This document shows positions 24,518 through 36,692 of a DNA stretch of 64,000 nt, in pieces. Numbering within the stretch: position 1 is the first letter of the stretch; every line of letters begins with the position of its first letter. A model generated the notes under the pieces. The model did not search any database, was not told the DNA's origin, and saw only the letters and a list, made by a program, of their open reading frames with translations. The position numbers were made by a program, and so were the translations under genes. Source of the DNA: Rhizodiscina lignyota (taxonomy: Eukaryota); the NCBI GenBank assembly GCA_010015805.1, contig ML978123.1:62001-126000 (forward strand), written 5' to 3'.

Positions 24518-25851
24518 ATGGCCGAACTCGTGAAGCTGGCTAAGGAGCTGTTGCGCCATGCAGAGCAACTAGAGAGTCAGCTCAAGGAGATCCAGGCTCC
24601 TGAGCCATCACTTGAAGCCGGAGGCCCAGCAATGTATCCGGACTCGGTGCGATATCCCGAAATTTACAAGTCGCGAGAGGCCGTAGCGGATAAGAGCAAA
24701 CGCCTTCTGCAGCTCTCAGCCGGTCCCGCTGACACTCTTCGGGCCATAGCTGGCCCAGAGAGATCCAAACTTGCCATGTGCAGCGTCGTTGATCATTTCG
24801 ACATTCACAACGCCGTTCCGCAGACTGGTTCGATCTCTTTCTCTGATCTTGCAAAGAAGATCAATGTCCAGCAAGGTATCCTGGAGCGAGTAATGCGATT
24901 CGGATTCAGCTTCTGTCTATTTAAAGAAGAACCAGTCGGCCACGTGAAGCACAGCGCGCTCTCTCAAGCTTTCTCTCAATTGCGCGGATGGTTGCACTGG
25001 ATGGCGCGCAAGGACAGCGCCCTGGCGTTCCAGGCCTGGCCTAGGGCTGTGGAGGTCTACACTGATGACCCCAAACCTGGAGTTCGTTGCATGCCCTATA
25101 ACATCGGCAACGAACATAACAACGCCTTCTTCGACGCACTGATAGCGGAGCCAGGTGCCATGGATAAGTTCGCAGAAGCTATGAAGTGTGTCTCCAGTGC
25201 GTCCGGTGGACAGGACGGCACAATCTATGCTCAAGCCTACGACTGGGATGCGTTGGATGAAGGACCCGTGGTCGACCTTGGTGGTGGTAAAGGACACCTC
25301 TCCCTGGCCATTGCAAAGGCGCATCCAAAGCTCCGATTTATGGTCCAAGACTTGCCGTCCAACGAGGAGCCTTTCAACCAAGCAATCCCTGAAGATATGA
25401 AGAGCAGAATAAAGTACCAAGTTCACGACTTCTTCAAGCCGCAGCCGGAGAGCGTGGGGGCCAAGGTCTTCTTCATGAAATGGGTAATGCATGATTGGCC
25501 AGAGTAAGAAGCCCCTGCAACATCGTCGTCTCTCATTTTATAGTGGCATACTAACATGGTCGTTTTAGCCGGGACTGCTCAGCAATCTTGAAGAATCTAG
25601 TCCCGGAAGTTGAGAGAGGGGCAAAGATATTGATTATAGACAAAATACTTCCCGATCCTGCCAGCAAGTTGACTGGTTACGATGACTACGCCCTGTTTGC
25701 AGATCTACTGATGTGGACGGTATTGAACGGCTGTGAGAGGAACGTCGAGCAGTTTAAGGCACTGTTGAAGATGACGGACGAGAGGTTGAGGATACTGAGC
25801 GTAAATCGGCCACCAGGCTGTGAGCTCGGTTTTGTTGAGGTCGGATTTTGA
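24518..25851 (+). CDS. SAM-dependent O-methyltransferase (Methyltransf_2 type)
   Basis: VVDLGGGKGH, VQDLP, HDFFKPQP, KWVMHDWPD, ILIID, ERNVEQF. Intron 25504-25568. Confidence 0.92.
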
Positions 25852-26520
25852 ATTCTTAAAGAAGATGCAAGGAGGGACGGTGTCTGGACTCTGCTTTACT
25901 TATTATGCTGTGAGGGCAGCCATTCCTTACAGGCTCATGTCAACTTTATGACATGTCTGTCTCAACGGACGCGTGGTTACTTTGTTTCAACACAAATACC
26001 ATATGCTTAATGTCCGTCCCTGGGTCGAGAGGTATTATATCTTCCACACCATCCTCTTTTCAGAAACACGGTGGCGCAACACTGTAGGTTTTTATAAGTG
26101 TCTATAGACAATCACGTGTCCGGTTTCATTGTTGCCTAACACGGGACACAACCCGCGGGCTGCATGCGCATAGCAGGGGCCGCTTCTGCTATCATGGGCA
26201 CCATGCCCTGATGGATGATCACGGGAACCCGGTGATTGTATGGAGTTTTATTGTATCAAAAGAGTTGGATTTCATGCTATGAGAGGCTAGCCTGCCTAAG
26301 TATACTGACCACTAGCGGCCCCGTGACCGGGGGCTCCTGCCCGCCATGACATCTGCGCTGACGATGGATAATGAGTCACAACTAACATATTACCGGGAGC
26401 TTGAAAGCCTCGTAGGAAAAGCGCTCTTCATCTTAGACTCGCCTGCAGTGTAAAGTAAATCAACACATTGCACCACTATCAAATCGATACAAACATCTCC
26501 ATTCAGCCCAACCTTCAAAC

Positions 26521-27108
26521 ATGGCATCCTCATTTCTCTCAGAACGGCTAATCTACCGCGCCCCAGAAGATACACCCCAAGACAAGGCTTTCATCCTCGC
26601 CCTCCAATCCGACCGCGCTTGTGCCGAGAACGCAACAAGATACTTGGTCAAGCCAATGTCTCCGGCGGATGTAGACATGTTCTTGCGCCAAATTCAAGAT
26701 TGCCTCCTGGGAGTCCTAGTCTGCCTCCCTGAGTCCTCCGCTCTAATCACCACCAAACCCATTGGATTTGTAACTCTCAAAGGCACTTCACAGCCACATC
26801 ATAGGAATTCCACGATGAGTATCCAGATTTGCCGAGAGGAACAGGGGAAAGGTTATGGTACTGAAGCTGTAAAGTGGGCATTAGAGTGGGGATTTATGAC
26901 TGCCGGTTTGCATAGGGTGAGCATTGGATGTTTTTCGTTCAACGAGGGAGCGAGAAAATTGTATGTACGGTTGGGTTTCGTGGTGGAAGGGAGGACCAGA
27001 GAGGCAGCATGGAAGAATGGGGGCTGGCATGATGTTATTGAGATGGGTATGTTGGAGGGAGAGTGGAGGGAAAAGTATTTAATTGATGGGAGAGGGAATT
27101 CACATTGA
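26521..27108 (+). CDS. GNAT acetyltransferase, RimJ/RimL family
   Basis: Acetyl-CoA motif QGKGYGTEA, GLHRVSI, NEGARKLYVRLGFVVEGRTRE. Confidence 0.9.
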   Translation: MASSFLSERLIYRAPEDTPQDKAFILALQSDRACAENATRYLVKPMSPADVDMFLRQIQDCLLGVLVCLPESSALITTKPIGFVTLKGTSQPHHRNSTMSIQICREEQGKGYGTEAVKWALEWGFMTAGLHRVSIGCFSFNEGARKLYVRLGFVVEGRTREAAWKNGGWHDVIEMGMLEGEWREKYLIDGRGNSH

Positions 27109-27377
27109 TTGGAGGAGATACGAAGGTATAAATATGCAGCCCAGGCTTAGCCTGAACGTGAATTATATACGGCAAGGCCGCCAGCTAACACCCCCAACAC
27201 CCCAACACCCCGAACATCTGACCGGTTCATAATCGGATGCAACGCGGCTGCATTGTGCTTTTTTTCCCAACCAGATCGATTGCATCTTCGTCGTCCGTCT
27301 ATCATGTTAAACGTTGGAAGGAGTGTAACTGTGTATACGACACCGCACCCCAACTCAGAGTAGCAATCCAAACCCCC

Positions 27378-28397
27378 TTAGACATGGCTCTTCAAAAATT
27401 CCAACCCCGGCTTCACAACCGCCTCAAAATCCTTATCACCATCCTTCAGCGCAAAATCATATCCATGCCCTCCTCCCTCCATCACCGCAATGCCCGTCTC
27501 CACGCCCAACTTCTTCAGACCCTCCACCGTCTTCTCCGCAATCTTCACATTGACCAACACATCCTGATCCCCATGCAGGAAGTACGTTGGCGGGAAATCT
27601 TTCGTGAGCCCACCCTTCATTGTGATCGGATCGCACTGCTCATACATGTGCCCGCACAGGGTCGATAGCAACCGCCCATGCTTGAGCTTGTCGCACACCC
27701 ACGCTGCTCGGGGATGCGAGATATCAAAGTCCTTGGAATCGGTTGAGGTTTGTATCACTTCGTCGAAGACTCTAGCCATGATCGCTGGGTCGGACTCTTC
27801 CCAGGGCATGGGTACCGGCTTGCTCCACCATTCGTCGGTGAAGTAGGCGGCGCCGTAGATGTTGAGGAGCGCTTTGGGGCGCGGCGATTCGTAGCCCTGA
27901 TTTGCAAGAGTCAGCATAGACTCGTGAATAAGATTGGTTGATAGATATGTACCAAGGTCATGATAAGCGTAGCTCCAGCGGATTGCCCGAATGCCGTGAT
28001 TCGGTCGGCGTCGATTTCTAGGCCAACGTCTCTCCTCAAGAGTCCCGGGAGTGTTTTGCGGCTCCAATGATAAACTTCTATTGTGTCACCAACAGGACCC
28101 TCCAGGAAGGATACGTTCGGGCAAAGGCGGTAGTTGTATGCGACCACGACGAATCCGTTTTTGACGAGCCAGTCAATTTGGCCTTCCGGGATTATATCTT
28201 TGTGGCCGGTAGAGAATGCCCCGCCATGAGACGCAATCGCTGTTTTGGTCAGTCAGCTTGTATGCTCTTCGTCTGATCTATTCGGTCAGGCGCATACCGA
28301 TTGCTTTCGAGCTCTTGTCGCTGTCATCATAATGCACAGTCGCTGCACATTCCTGGTTATCGCCGAAAGTCTTGTAGACGTAATCTTTGGAAGGCAT
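27378..28397 (-). CDS. Alpha/beta-hydrolase esterase/lipase (HSL-like)
   Basis: HGGAF oxyanion motif, YNYRLCP, nucleophile GQSAG, HGDQD, GHGYDF. Introns 28240-28297 and 27897-27952 restore one frame. Confidence 0.88.
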
Positions 28398-29848
28398 ATT
28401 GGTCTGATTCAAGAAGAAAGCACTCGTGTGAGATTTAAAGAGAGGTGACGAATTAGGTATTTGGTAAACTTTGGACTCATCCACCTCCTTGGGACGAGGG
28501 ATCACTGCAGAATTGATGAGTGAAATAAATAAGGAGAGACAAGAGAATATATACTCTGGCCTGTGATATATCTGACATCAAGCCCTGGAGCCAAGGTCCT
28601 TGTCCAGCGTGGACGTGCCTGCCTAGGTACAGATACGCACGAAGGATTGCCTCGTGCTCGGTCGTTCAAGTACGATATGCCGTGTCTCTCCGCTACATGC
28701 GGCCGCGACTTCCTTTAACCTTCGCCCACACGGAGTACTACTAGCGATGTTTCATCCGACATCTGCTGCAGACACATACTGTGAAACAGAGAAGATGCAG
28801 GCAATCCCAGCGATGTCGTGGCAATTCCCGTTAACGTATATAATTAGTTTCTGGTCGAATGTAAGATGTTACCGGAATGAGAGTGTTAGGCTTCTCCGAG
28901 CTGAGAGCTGGATGGCTGAATAACAAGTTTGGGTTCCCTTGGCGACGAGTCTAATCGAATTAGCCCCTGCATTCGCTCTGATCGCCATGATAGACGACCA
29001 TAGGCGACCATAGACGAACGAATACGGGCCGGATTAGGGTGCCTTGTACTGTGTACTTTCAACGAAAGAACAAGACGGAAGGGGTGCGTTCAGATGGCCT
29101 TGCATTCTCCAAAGTATCCGTACCTGACTCATAATGGATTCATTCTATGCAGAGTACAGTCTCAAACAATACATATGTAAAGTCGAACTGACTCCGATAA
29201 AGTCAGTCTCTTTGGAAGGGCTTGCGATGCTTGGGCCCATGGTGGAAGAACCTCGGGCTCCCGTCGCGTGATTACATAACCCATTTCGGTAAGAACTAAA
29301 TAGATCAAGATGAAATTCACGCGATGCTTATGGCAGCGATTACTCTTGGCCTCGGCTTGATTGTCGTATCTGTTTCAGCTGCTAAACTCAGCATTGAGTC
29401 GGTGAAGCATTGTTGCAATTGCCAAGGGGAACTTGAATGTATGTACGGAGTAACATGCCGGAATTTATGTAATTGTATGTGTTGCCTTCTCAGAACTTTC
29501 TCTGTCCGAATAAAGTCAAGTACTATGCGTTTGCTCACGTGTGTAAGGGGTAGCCCTATAAAGCTTTTTGGGATTTTGTTTCCCCGGCTAATATAGGAGG
29601 AAGCGAGGCAAGTTGAATCCAAATCATACTGCAGTCTTAAACAATTATCACGGTGCTTCTTCAGTAAACAATCCCAAGTTTGATTGTATAAGTAACCACA
29701 TAGACTCATTAAAGCCCCAAGAGGACCCTCAGACTCTGGAGTGATCATATCGAGCTGGTTTGAGTCCGTCCAATTCCTCAACAAAGCTGCTTGATCCAAT
29801 CGATGCTCATATGAAGCGGAAGTCGATCGAGAAACGTTCAATAAGGTC

Positions 29849-30786
29849 TTAAGATGCCTCCTTCTGGGTGCTCTTTTCTGCAGCCTTTTCGTTCGCTTCA
29901 GTATTGTCCTCAGACTTGTTCTCGCCAATCTCTGTTGCTGGAACTGGTTCTGCAGTTCCTGCTGGCTCTGTGACTAGTGTTTCAGTACCAGAGGCTGGTC
30001 CAGCATTGGCTTCCTCTGTGGACTCAGACGGTGGTGGAAATACTCTCCTGTAGTTGAGTGAGCATACAGAGAACAAGTGGCTTAATCATGAACCTACGGT
30101 AAGATCCGGTGATAGGCGTCCTCGTCCTTGTGCAAGAAATTGCAGAATATGATCCTGTCTAGCTTGTCCCCAACTCCCGCTTCCAAGCACGCTCTTACTT
30201 CGGAGATCGCAGCAACTGCAGCCGCCATACTCGGATAGCCGTATACACCAGTGCTCAACGCGCTGAACGCAATGCTATCGCAGCCATTTTCGACAGCCAA
30301 CTCCAAGCTCCTGCGATAGCAGCTCCGCAGCAGCTCCTCGTGATCCTTTCCATATTTTCTCACCCCATATATAGGCCCGACCGCATGAATGACCTTGTAG
30401 CACGGTAGCTCATATGCATCCGTGATTTTCGCATCACCAGTTCTACAGCCATCCAACGTCTCACACTCATCGAGCAGTTCTGGACCTGCTGCGCGGTGGA
30501 TAGCACCATCCACGCCGCCACCACCAAGGAGCGACTCGTTTGCGGCGTTCACGATGGCGCCTTTTGGGAGTTGAAGCTTCGTGATGTCATTGCGGATGAT
30601 GGCGATTTTCTCATTGTATGATGCATTCGGTGGGAATGCGGGCTCGACTCGCGGAGCTTCGAGGCGGTTGGTTTTGTAGAGGACGCCTAGAATGGGTATC
30701 TCTTCGAGCGGGATGAGGTTCGACATGTTGGTGCGGGTGAAGGTGCGTGTTCCAAGTCGAGGAGTGAGGCGAGAGAGAAGTGGCAT
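29849..30786 (-). CDS. MacroD-type macrodomain protein (ADP-ribosylhydrolase / O-acetyl-ADP-ribose deacetylase)
   Basis: [44 protein letters not shown]. Intron 30048-30097 adds an acidic tail. Confidence 0.92.
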
Positions 30787-31565
30787 GAAGGTTGCAGGAA
30801 GAGGAAGCTGAGCGCAGATAAATATGGACTTTGAGTGTTAGTGAAAGAGCGAGCTAACTACCGTGGGCAAGTGTTGCGCCTCGGGCAATCACATCTGGGA
30901 GTTTTGCATAGCGTATGGTAGTACCACCGGGTGCAAGATAAAAGTGTTGCCCGAAGCTCTCACTTCAAGTTCGGTTGCTCCAAAACTCATCGGCACGGAT
31001 ACAGTGAACTCTGCAGCGAATGCCAACTGCTGGTCGCACGAACAGTGCAAAAGTGAAGAGGAGCTATGGCCATGCGAAACCTGCGTCATGCGACATTGAA
31101 ATCGCCGAGACCAGGAATGGACATGGATGTCTGATCAGATCTCGCTCAGAAGAGAGGCCCATCTGATTGTGTTGTTTAGATCGAATGTCAACTCCGACGG
31201 CACAGCTGCTAGTGGGGAGTCGGACAGACTGCCAATAAGCAATCAGGAACCGGTGAAGAATTCGGGACGATTTCTGGACGGCGTGGGAGGCGAAGCTCCT
31301 TTAAAAGTGGCTCGGCGAATAATGTTCGCTGTGCGCTCCAATCATCGCGTCGCAAACGCTTTGGCCGCAGCTAATTTGCTTCATCACGAGTGACACGAAC
31401 AGTTAACCCCCTTACCTAAGAATAGGCCTAAGGAGCCGTACTGCCTGGAGACAACATGGCGAAGTTATCCGACTCCTTCCTTCATGAAAAAGCGAGAGAT
31501 ATCTCTTTTCACGTAATGCCACAGGCCGAGTCTCTTTGTACACATCTCAGTCCACATTCCCCAAC

Positions 31566-33013
31566 ATGCGACTCTTCTCTTCGATAGCGAGCGCACTGCT
31601 CGTTGCCTCTACAACACATGCGTTGGATATCGACGTATCCAGCTCAGACTCCATCTCCAATGCTGCCAAAGCCGTAGCAAAAGGCCTAATGGCCAACTAC
31701 ACTGGCGACCAAAAGGGTCAGATCCCTGGCATTTTCACCAGCAAGCCTCCAGCACAGAAAGGGTCGTCGGGCGAATACTTCTGGTGGTCCTTCGGCGCGA
31801 TATTCGATGCGATGGTTGACTACCAATACTATACGGGCGATGGCCAGTATAACAATGCAGTCCAGCAGGCGTTGCTGTGGCAAGTCGGTCCAAGTGATGA
31901 CTACCTGCCTCCCAATCAGACCACGTCCGAGGTATTTTGTCTCCAGACGATGTTTGAACATCTCAGTCGAAGCTGATTCTCGTGAAGGGCAACGATGACC
32001 AAACCACTTGGGGCTTTGCAGCCATGACCGCCGCCGAGCGCAACTTCAGTGCACCTCCATCTGGAAGCCCCTCCTGGCTCAAGATCGCTCAAAACGTCTT
32101 TGACGACCAGGCTGGTCGATGGGATAAGGAGACTTGCAAAGGCGGTCTGAGGTGGCAGATCTTCACCTTCAATTCAGGCTACAACTACAAAAATACGATC
32201 GCGAACGGCCAATTCCTGCAACTTGCGGCACGACTGTATGCCCAGACGGGCAACCAGACATACGCTACCTGGGCAGAGGAAGTATACACATGGGCACAAT
32301 CAGTTGGGCTAGTTAATGAAGATGGCTCAGTATATGACGGCGCCCAGACGGAGGACGACTGCAGCCAGATCAACAGGATCCAGTTCTCCATGAACTCTGG
32401 CGTCTGGCTGTATGGTTCCGCGGTGATGGCGAATGCGACCAAGGGTTCTAGGTCCTGGACACTGCGTGCTCAGTCCATCCTTAATCATGCGAGTAGCATC
32501 TATTTGAACGACAGCATCATTGTCGAGACTGCATGCGAGAATACGGACGCTTGCACCCAGGATCAGCACTTTTACAAGGGCGCGTTCGCGCGTGATCTAG
32601 CTCGCACTGTAGAGGCCATGCCCTCGACCGCGGACACGATTAAGCCAATTCTGCAAACCAATGCGAAAGCCGCAGCGCAAGTCGGCTGCAAGAATGCGGA
32701 CAACTGCGTCTTTGTCTGGACGGCAGCGAAGAATGACGAAGGTAGTGATTTGGGCAGCCAATTCAGTGCTCTGCAAGTTATACAGTCCAACCTTGTGTCT
32801 CAAGCCAAGGCTACCGCGAATACAAGCAGCAGCGACTCGGGCTCGGGCTCGGACTCAGGCTCAAGCAATACGAGCTCCTCAGCTAGTGGAACAGCAAGCG
32901 GTACCACTGGTGGAACTGCGGCTCCAACTGGCGCTGCGAGTGAGCTGAAGGCGACGAGCTGGACTGCTCTGGTATTGGCGCTTGCGGGACTTTGTGCATT
33001 CGGCATTGCGTAG
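31566..33013 (+). CDS. GH76 alpha-1,6-mannanase (Dfg5/Dcw1 family), probably GPI-anchored
   Basis: Signal peptide, YFWW, catalytic EGNDDQ across intron 31932-31987, CKGGLRWQIFTFNSGYNYKN, S/T-rich tail and hydrophobic C-terminus. Confidence 0.93.
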
Positions 33014-33421
33014 GAGTTTGGATGAAATCCGTGATACCCACATCCACATGTATGCGATTATATAGCGGAATAACTTCACCCGTCCCCGAACGGTTTCCGC
33101 AAAGTCTTACGAATGCCCTGCTTTTCCAATTGTTCGCGTTGCACATCCATCAAGCGCATTTCTGCTACCATCTCGGACTGTTTTCACCCTCTCTGTTATC
33201 TCATTACAACCATGTCGCATACACGCACATTCATTAGATGGAAACCATGCAGCTAGGATAACCAACAGCAGCGAGACTTCTCAGCCACCATTCAGCCTAG
33301 TGGACACAGCCTCTGAGTTAGTCGACCCTCGGCATCCCTCATTCTCATATTTTCTAGCACTGCAACAAAGAACCACAGGGCACATGTTTAACCATTCTTG
33401 AACTTCTTTCGCTTACGTCAA

Positions 33422-35182
33422 ATGGAGGACCCCGCTCTGGCGGCAGGGGTGCAAGACGCCCATGTTCCTAACACGATAGCTGAATCACCGCTGGAGATTC
33501 TCAACGTGTCAGCTGCAGAATCCATTTATGGCCAGAAAATCCTCTCCCAGAAGAAAATCAGACTCATCGTACTCCACCCTGGGAAGGTCGAAGACGGCAT
33601 TCGCTGCTCGACAAGGCTATGTCCCTTCCGTTCGGAATACGAGGCCTTGTCCTACGTCTGGGGTCCTGAAACCAATGCCAAGGATATCATACTCGATACT
33701 CACCCCTTCAAGGTCACCCAGAATTTACATGAAGCGCTTATTCATCTTCGTTTGCCGGACGAGGATCGTATACTTTGGATCGACGCCCTCGCAATAAACC
33801 AATCCAATATCGCTGAGAAGAGTAAGGAGGTCCAACGCATGCGACATATCTTCGGACAAGCTTGGAAGACGATCCTTTGGCTAGGTACGAAAAATCTCGA
33901 GTATCAAGCTTCGGCCTTCGAGTTACTGTCGCTCATCGGACCAGGGGACTGGAGATGGTTCATAGACGTGGACAGGGAAACGTTTGAGCGTTACAACAAC
34001 GCATTTATGCAGTTGTGCTATAACACATACTGGGAGCGTCTGTGGACATTCCAGGAAATCTTTTATTCGAGTTCAACAACTCTGCTATGGGGCAGCAAGA
34101 CGGCCAGATACGAGGACTTGACCGAGGTACTTCACGTGTACCGATATACAACTGTCAATGACAGACTGAGTCACTGGACAGACTTGAGAATGATCAATAT
34201 GATCCATATACCGCAAGCGGAGTCAGCAGAAAGGGAGATATTCGTTGACGCGTGGGATCTGATGAGCAAGCTTCGCTACAAATCGTGCAAGGAACCCCGA
34301 GATCATATTTTCGCCTTGTACGGTTGCTTCGCTCCGGAGATCCGCCAGCATATTGACGTCGCCTATGATCGACCACTTCAAGACGTTTATAGTTCAGCAG
34401 CTCGTGCTATTATAAACGCAACAGGCAATCTCGAAGTCATTCGCTTTGCCACGGATCCTATTAAGAGAGACGGGTTGCCAAGTTGGTGTCCAGATTTCTC
34501 ATCCAAATTCGACAGACGACTCCCCCTTCGCCTGCATCAGAGATCGCCCGACGACAAGGTCGAGGAACGACCCTTCGTTGACCAGTGGGATGACGAACGG
34601 CATGATGAATCTACGCTTTGCGTTAGAGGTTGGGAAGTTGGCAAAGTGACCTCATCCGAAACGATCCCCCATGACTCGCGATACTGGAGATTCAACAAAG
34701 CCTTTGTAGAAACCTTAATCAAAGCAAATAAGTCAATGCCCCTTCCCGGTGCTGATTATCCTGGCCCTCAGTCATGGCTCAAGATACTGGATCAAGTACT
34801 CGCTCAGTATTCTGGAGTGTCGCATGCTGAGCCTCCATCCCTGACAGCCGAGGTTGTCGGAAATGAGGAAGAAGAGGTCCAATTCTCGTTATGGAACGCA
34901 GTTTTTTGGTGGGCGAAGTACTTCGAGCACTGTGTGTACCTTGACGTAGAGTTCAAAGAGCTGCAGAAATTGCTGAAGGGTATCGGATTCGGCAAGCTCG
35001 TTCCTGGAGATACCGTCTGCGCGCTACTGGGTTGCGATTACCTGATGGTATTGCGGGAAGAGAACGACCACCATGTTCTCGTTGGGGAAGCGTACTTTGG
35101 TACAGGTAGAGAGTTAAACGCTCACACAGAGGCTTTAGAGATGTTTGGCGATCGCGAGCCCCAGAAGTTCTTCATCCATTAA
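33422..35182 (+). CDS. HET-domain (heterokaryon incompatibility, het-6-like) protein
   Basis: IRLIVLHPG, YEALSYVWG, LWIDALAINQ..EKSKEVQRMRHIF, YWERLWTFQE, PRDHIFALYG, LPSWCPDF, GDTVCALLG..VLR..LVGEAY. Confidence 0.93.
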   Translation: MEDPALAAGVQDAHVPNTIAESPLEILNVSAAESIYGQKILSQKKIRLIVLHPGKVEDGIRCSTRLCPFRSEYEALSYVWGPETNAKDIILDTHPFKVTQNLHEALIHLRLPDEDRILWIDALAINQSNIAEKSKEVQRMRHIFGQAWKTILWLGTKNLEYQASAFELLSLIGPGDWRWFIDVDRETFERYNNAFMQLCYNTYWERLWTFQEIFYSSSTTLLWGSKTARYEDLTEVLHVYRYTTVNDRLSHWTDLRMINMIHIPQAESAEREIFVDAWDLMSKLRYKSCKEPRDHIFALYGCFAPEIRQHIDVAYDRPLQDVYSSAARAIINATGNLEVIRFATDPIKRDGLPSWCPDFSSKFDRRLPLRLHQRSPDDKVEERPFVDQWDDERHDESTLCVRGWEVGKVTSSETIPHDSRYWRFNKAFVETLIKANKSMPLPGADYPGPQSWLKILDQVLAQYSGVSHAEPPSLTAEVVGNEEEEVQFSLWNAVFWWAKYFEHCVYLDVEFKELQKLLKGIGFGKLVPGDTVCALLGCDYLMVLREENDHHVLVGEAYFGTGRELNAHTEALEMFGDREPQKFFIH

Positions 35183-36692
35183 GAACAACTCCGACAAACT
35201 TTTCTGGCCCCGAATGTGATGATGCGAAACAGGAGTCAGTATCGCCTAACGATTACACGTGTCGACGGCCCAAAATTCTAAGAGTGTACGGCGTAGAATA
35301 GCAAGCAGCAAAGGGAGCGGAGAAACTCGACGACTAAAAAACCCGAGAAGCGTGCTTTCTGCAGTAGATGACGCCGCCACAGACTGCCGGGTACAGCCTC
35401 GCAAGCTTGACTGTCATGTAGGTGGCTTGGATGCATGAGAAGTTCCGCAACTGGTGTGGTATTTCTCGGTCACCGACGGGTAAGGTTGAAAAGGTTCTTC
35501 TCGAGGGACGAATTTCTCGACACGATTATCCCATTGGCTTTCAAGCTCGGATACGAGCTCTTCGAGAGTCTCCGGGGGGACAGAGTTGACTCAACAGCGT
35601 GACCGATTAGACAAGCTATCAAAGCTGGGTCAATTGGTTCCCTTAGAACTCAATCTTCATTCGGAGAGAATGGTATGAGGAGAATATTGTATATTGGAAG
35701 GAGACGGTGAAACTGAAAGGTGAACATTTCGCGGCGTGAGGAGGTACTAGAGATCTCTGTGGAGGAGGTGAGAGAACGATGCCGAATCTCTAGATGAAAA
35801 GCGAATGGTCGAATTTTTTTCTTTTGCATGGCTCGGAAGCTCAACTTCTGCAAAGTAAATGTTGTGATGGACTCTAACTCGGATCGAATTGAGTTGCTTG
35901 GACTCACCTGCGTTAGATTCCGACTTTGCTAGGGCTGTATAAAAAGGGAAATACCTTTATTGTACAAGTGAGGCTCTTTGGTGATATTCGCCTTCCATAA
36001 CCTCCCGAGGAGAAACCAAACGAATGGTCTTCCCAAAGTGGATTACTCTCGCGCGAAGTGAAATTGCGCCTTCGTCCACTCACGCTTTCTAAGCAAGCCA
36101 CGTACAGTCGTTTAAAGTAAATAATGTGGGGCTCTCGTGCGATAAAAATATCAGAGACTCTTTATGGCTGTATCAAATACCGTTCTTAGCCAGGTTGACG
36201 TACTATAAAAGTCACGGAGGACAAATTCGTCGATTTTCCCTGGCACCAGCAGTTTTGTTCCTGCATTCAGCCCAGCAAGGTTTCCAGATCTTCTCGACTT
36301 AATAATGAATGACAAAGTCCTCGCCAACCTCGCCTGCGGTGATTTTTGGGGCATTGGCGAATGAAATCTCGACCTGCTTCGATCTCCCGTTCGGGAAACC
36401 CATGCGGCACGCTTAGGAATATTGGTGCGGCGAACATCGTAGCCGCAAATTACTGCAGAAGCACTGTTCTGTTTCACATCGATTTGAGGGCGGTGAGATT
36501 TCTACTGATGCTATAGGATGGGAGTTCTGCCAGTCACGGCAAGCCACTAATATGTCATGGTTTTGATTATGCGAGGAGGAAAATGAGGGGATCATCTGCT
36601 ATATAAATATGATTAATGCCTTGAGGCTGCAAGAGTTGGACAAGGCCAATCCAGAAGACTCCTCGCAGTTGGAATTGAAACTCATTCCTAAG

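Noticed and set aside
26108..26250. 5S rRNA, hammerhead or HDV ribozyme, or TPP riboswitch
   Set aside because: Only the 3' GGTGATTGTATG resembles 5S. CUGANGA/GAAA, the HDV P1 pairing and TPP signature motifs could not be assembled.
26373..26379. TGAGTCA (Gcn4/CpcA-like site) upstream of GNAT
   Set aside because: A single 7-mer that recurs elsewhere in the window, including coding sequence; not distinguishable from chance.
9164..28397. Secondary-metabolite cluster (enoyl reductase, SDR, FAD monooxygenase, O-methyltransferase, GNAT, esterase)
   Set aside because: No PKS, NRPS, terpene synthase or cluster transcription factor in the window, and the enzymes are interspersed with unrelated genes.
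28990..29018. Short tandem repeats (ATAGRCGACC here; AACACCCC near 27188-27211; GTTTCCGGCCT at 16441-16462)
   Set aside because: Two to three copies without spacers; ordinary slippage, not CRISPR-like.
29317..29928. 203-codon minus-strand ORF overlapping the macrodomain 3' exon
   Set aside because: Non-ATG start, overlap with a better-supported exon in another frame, and no recognisable motif.
35430..36100. Gene-like fragments between the HET and hydrolase genes
   Set aside because: Short frames broken by stops, with no consistent splice model or recognisable domain.
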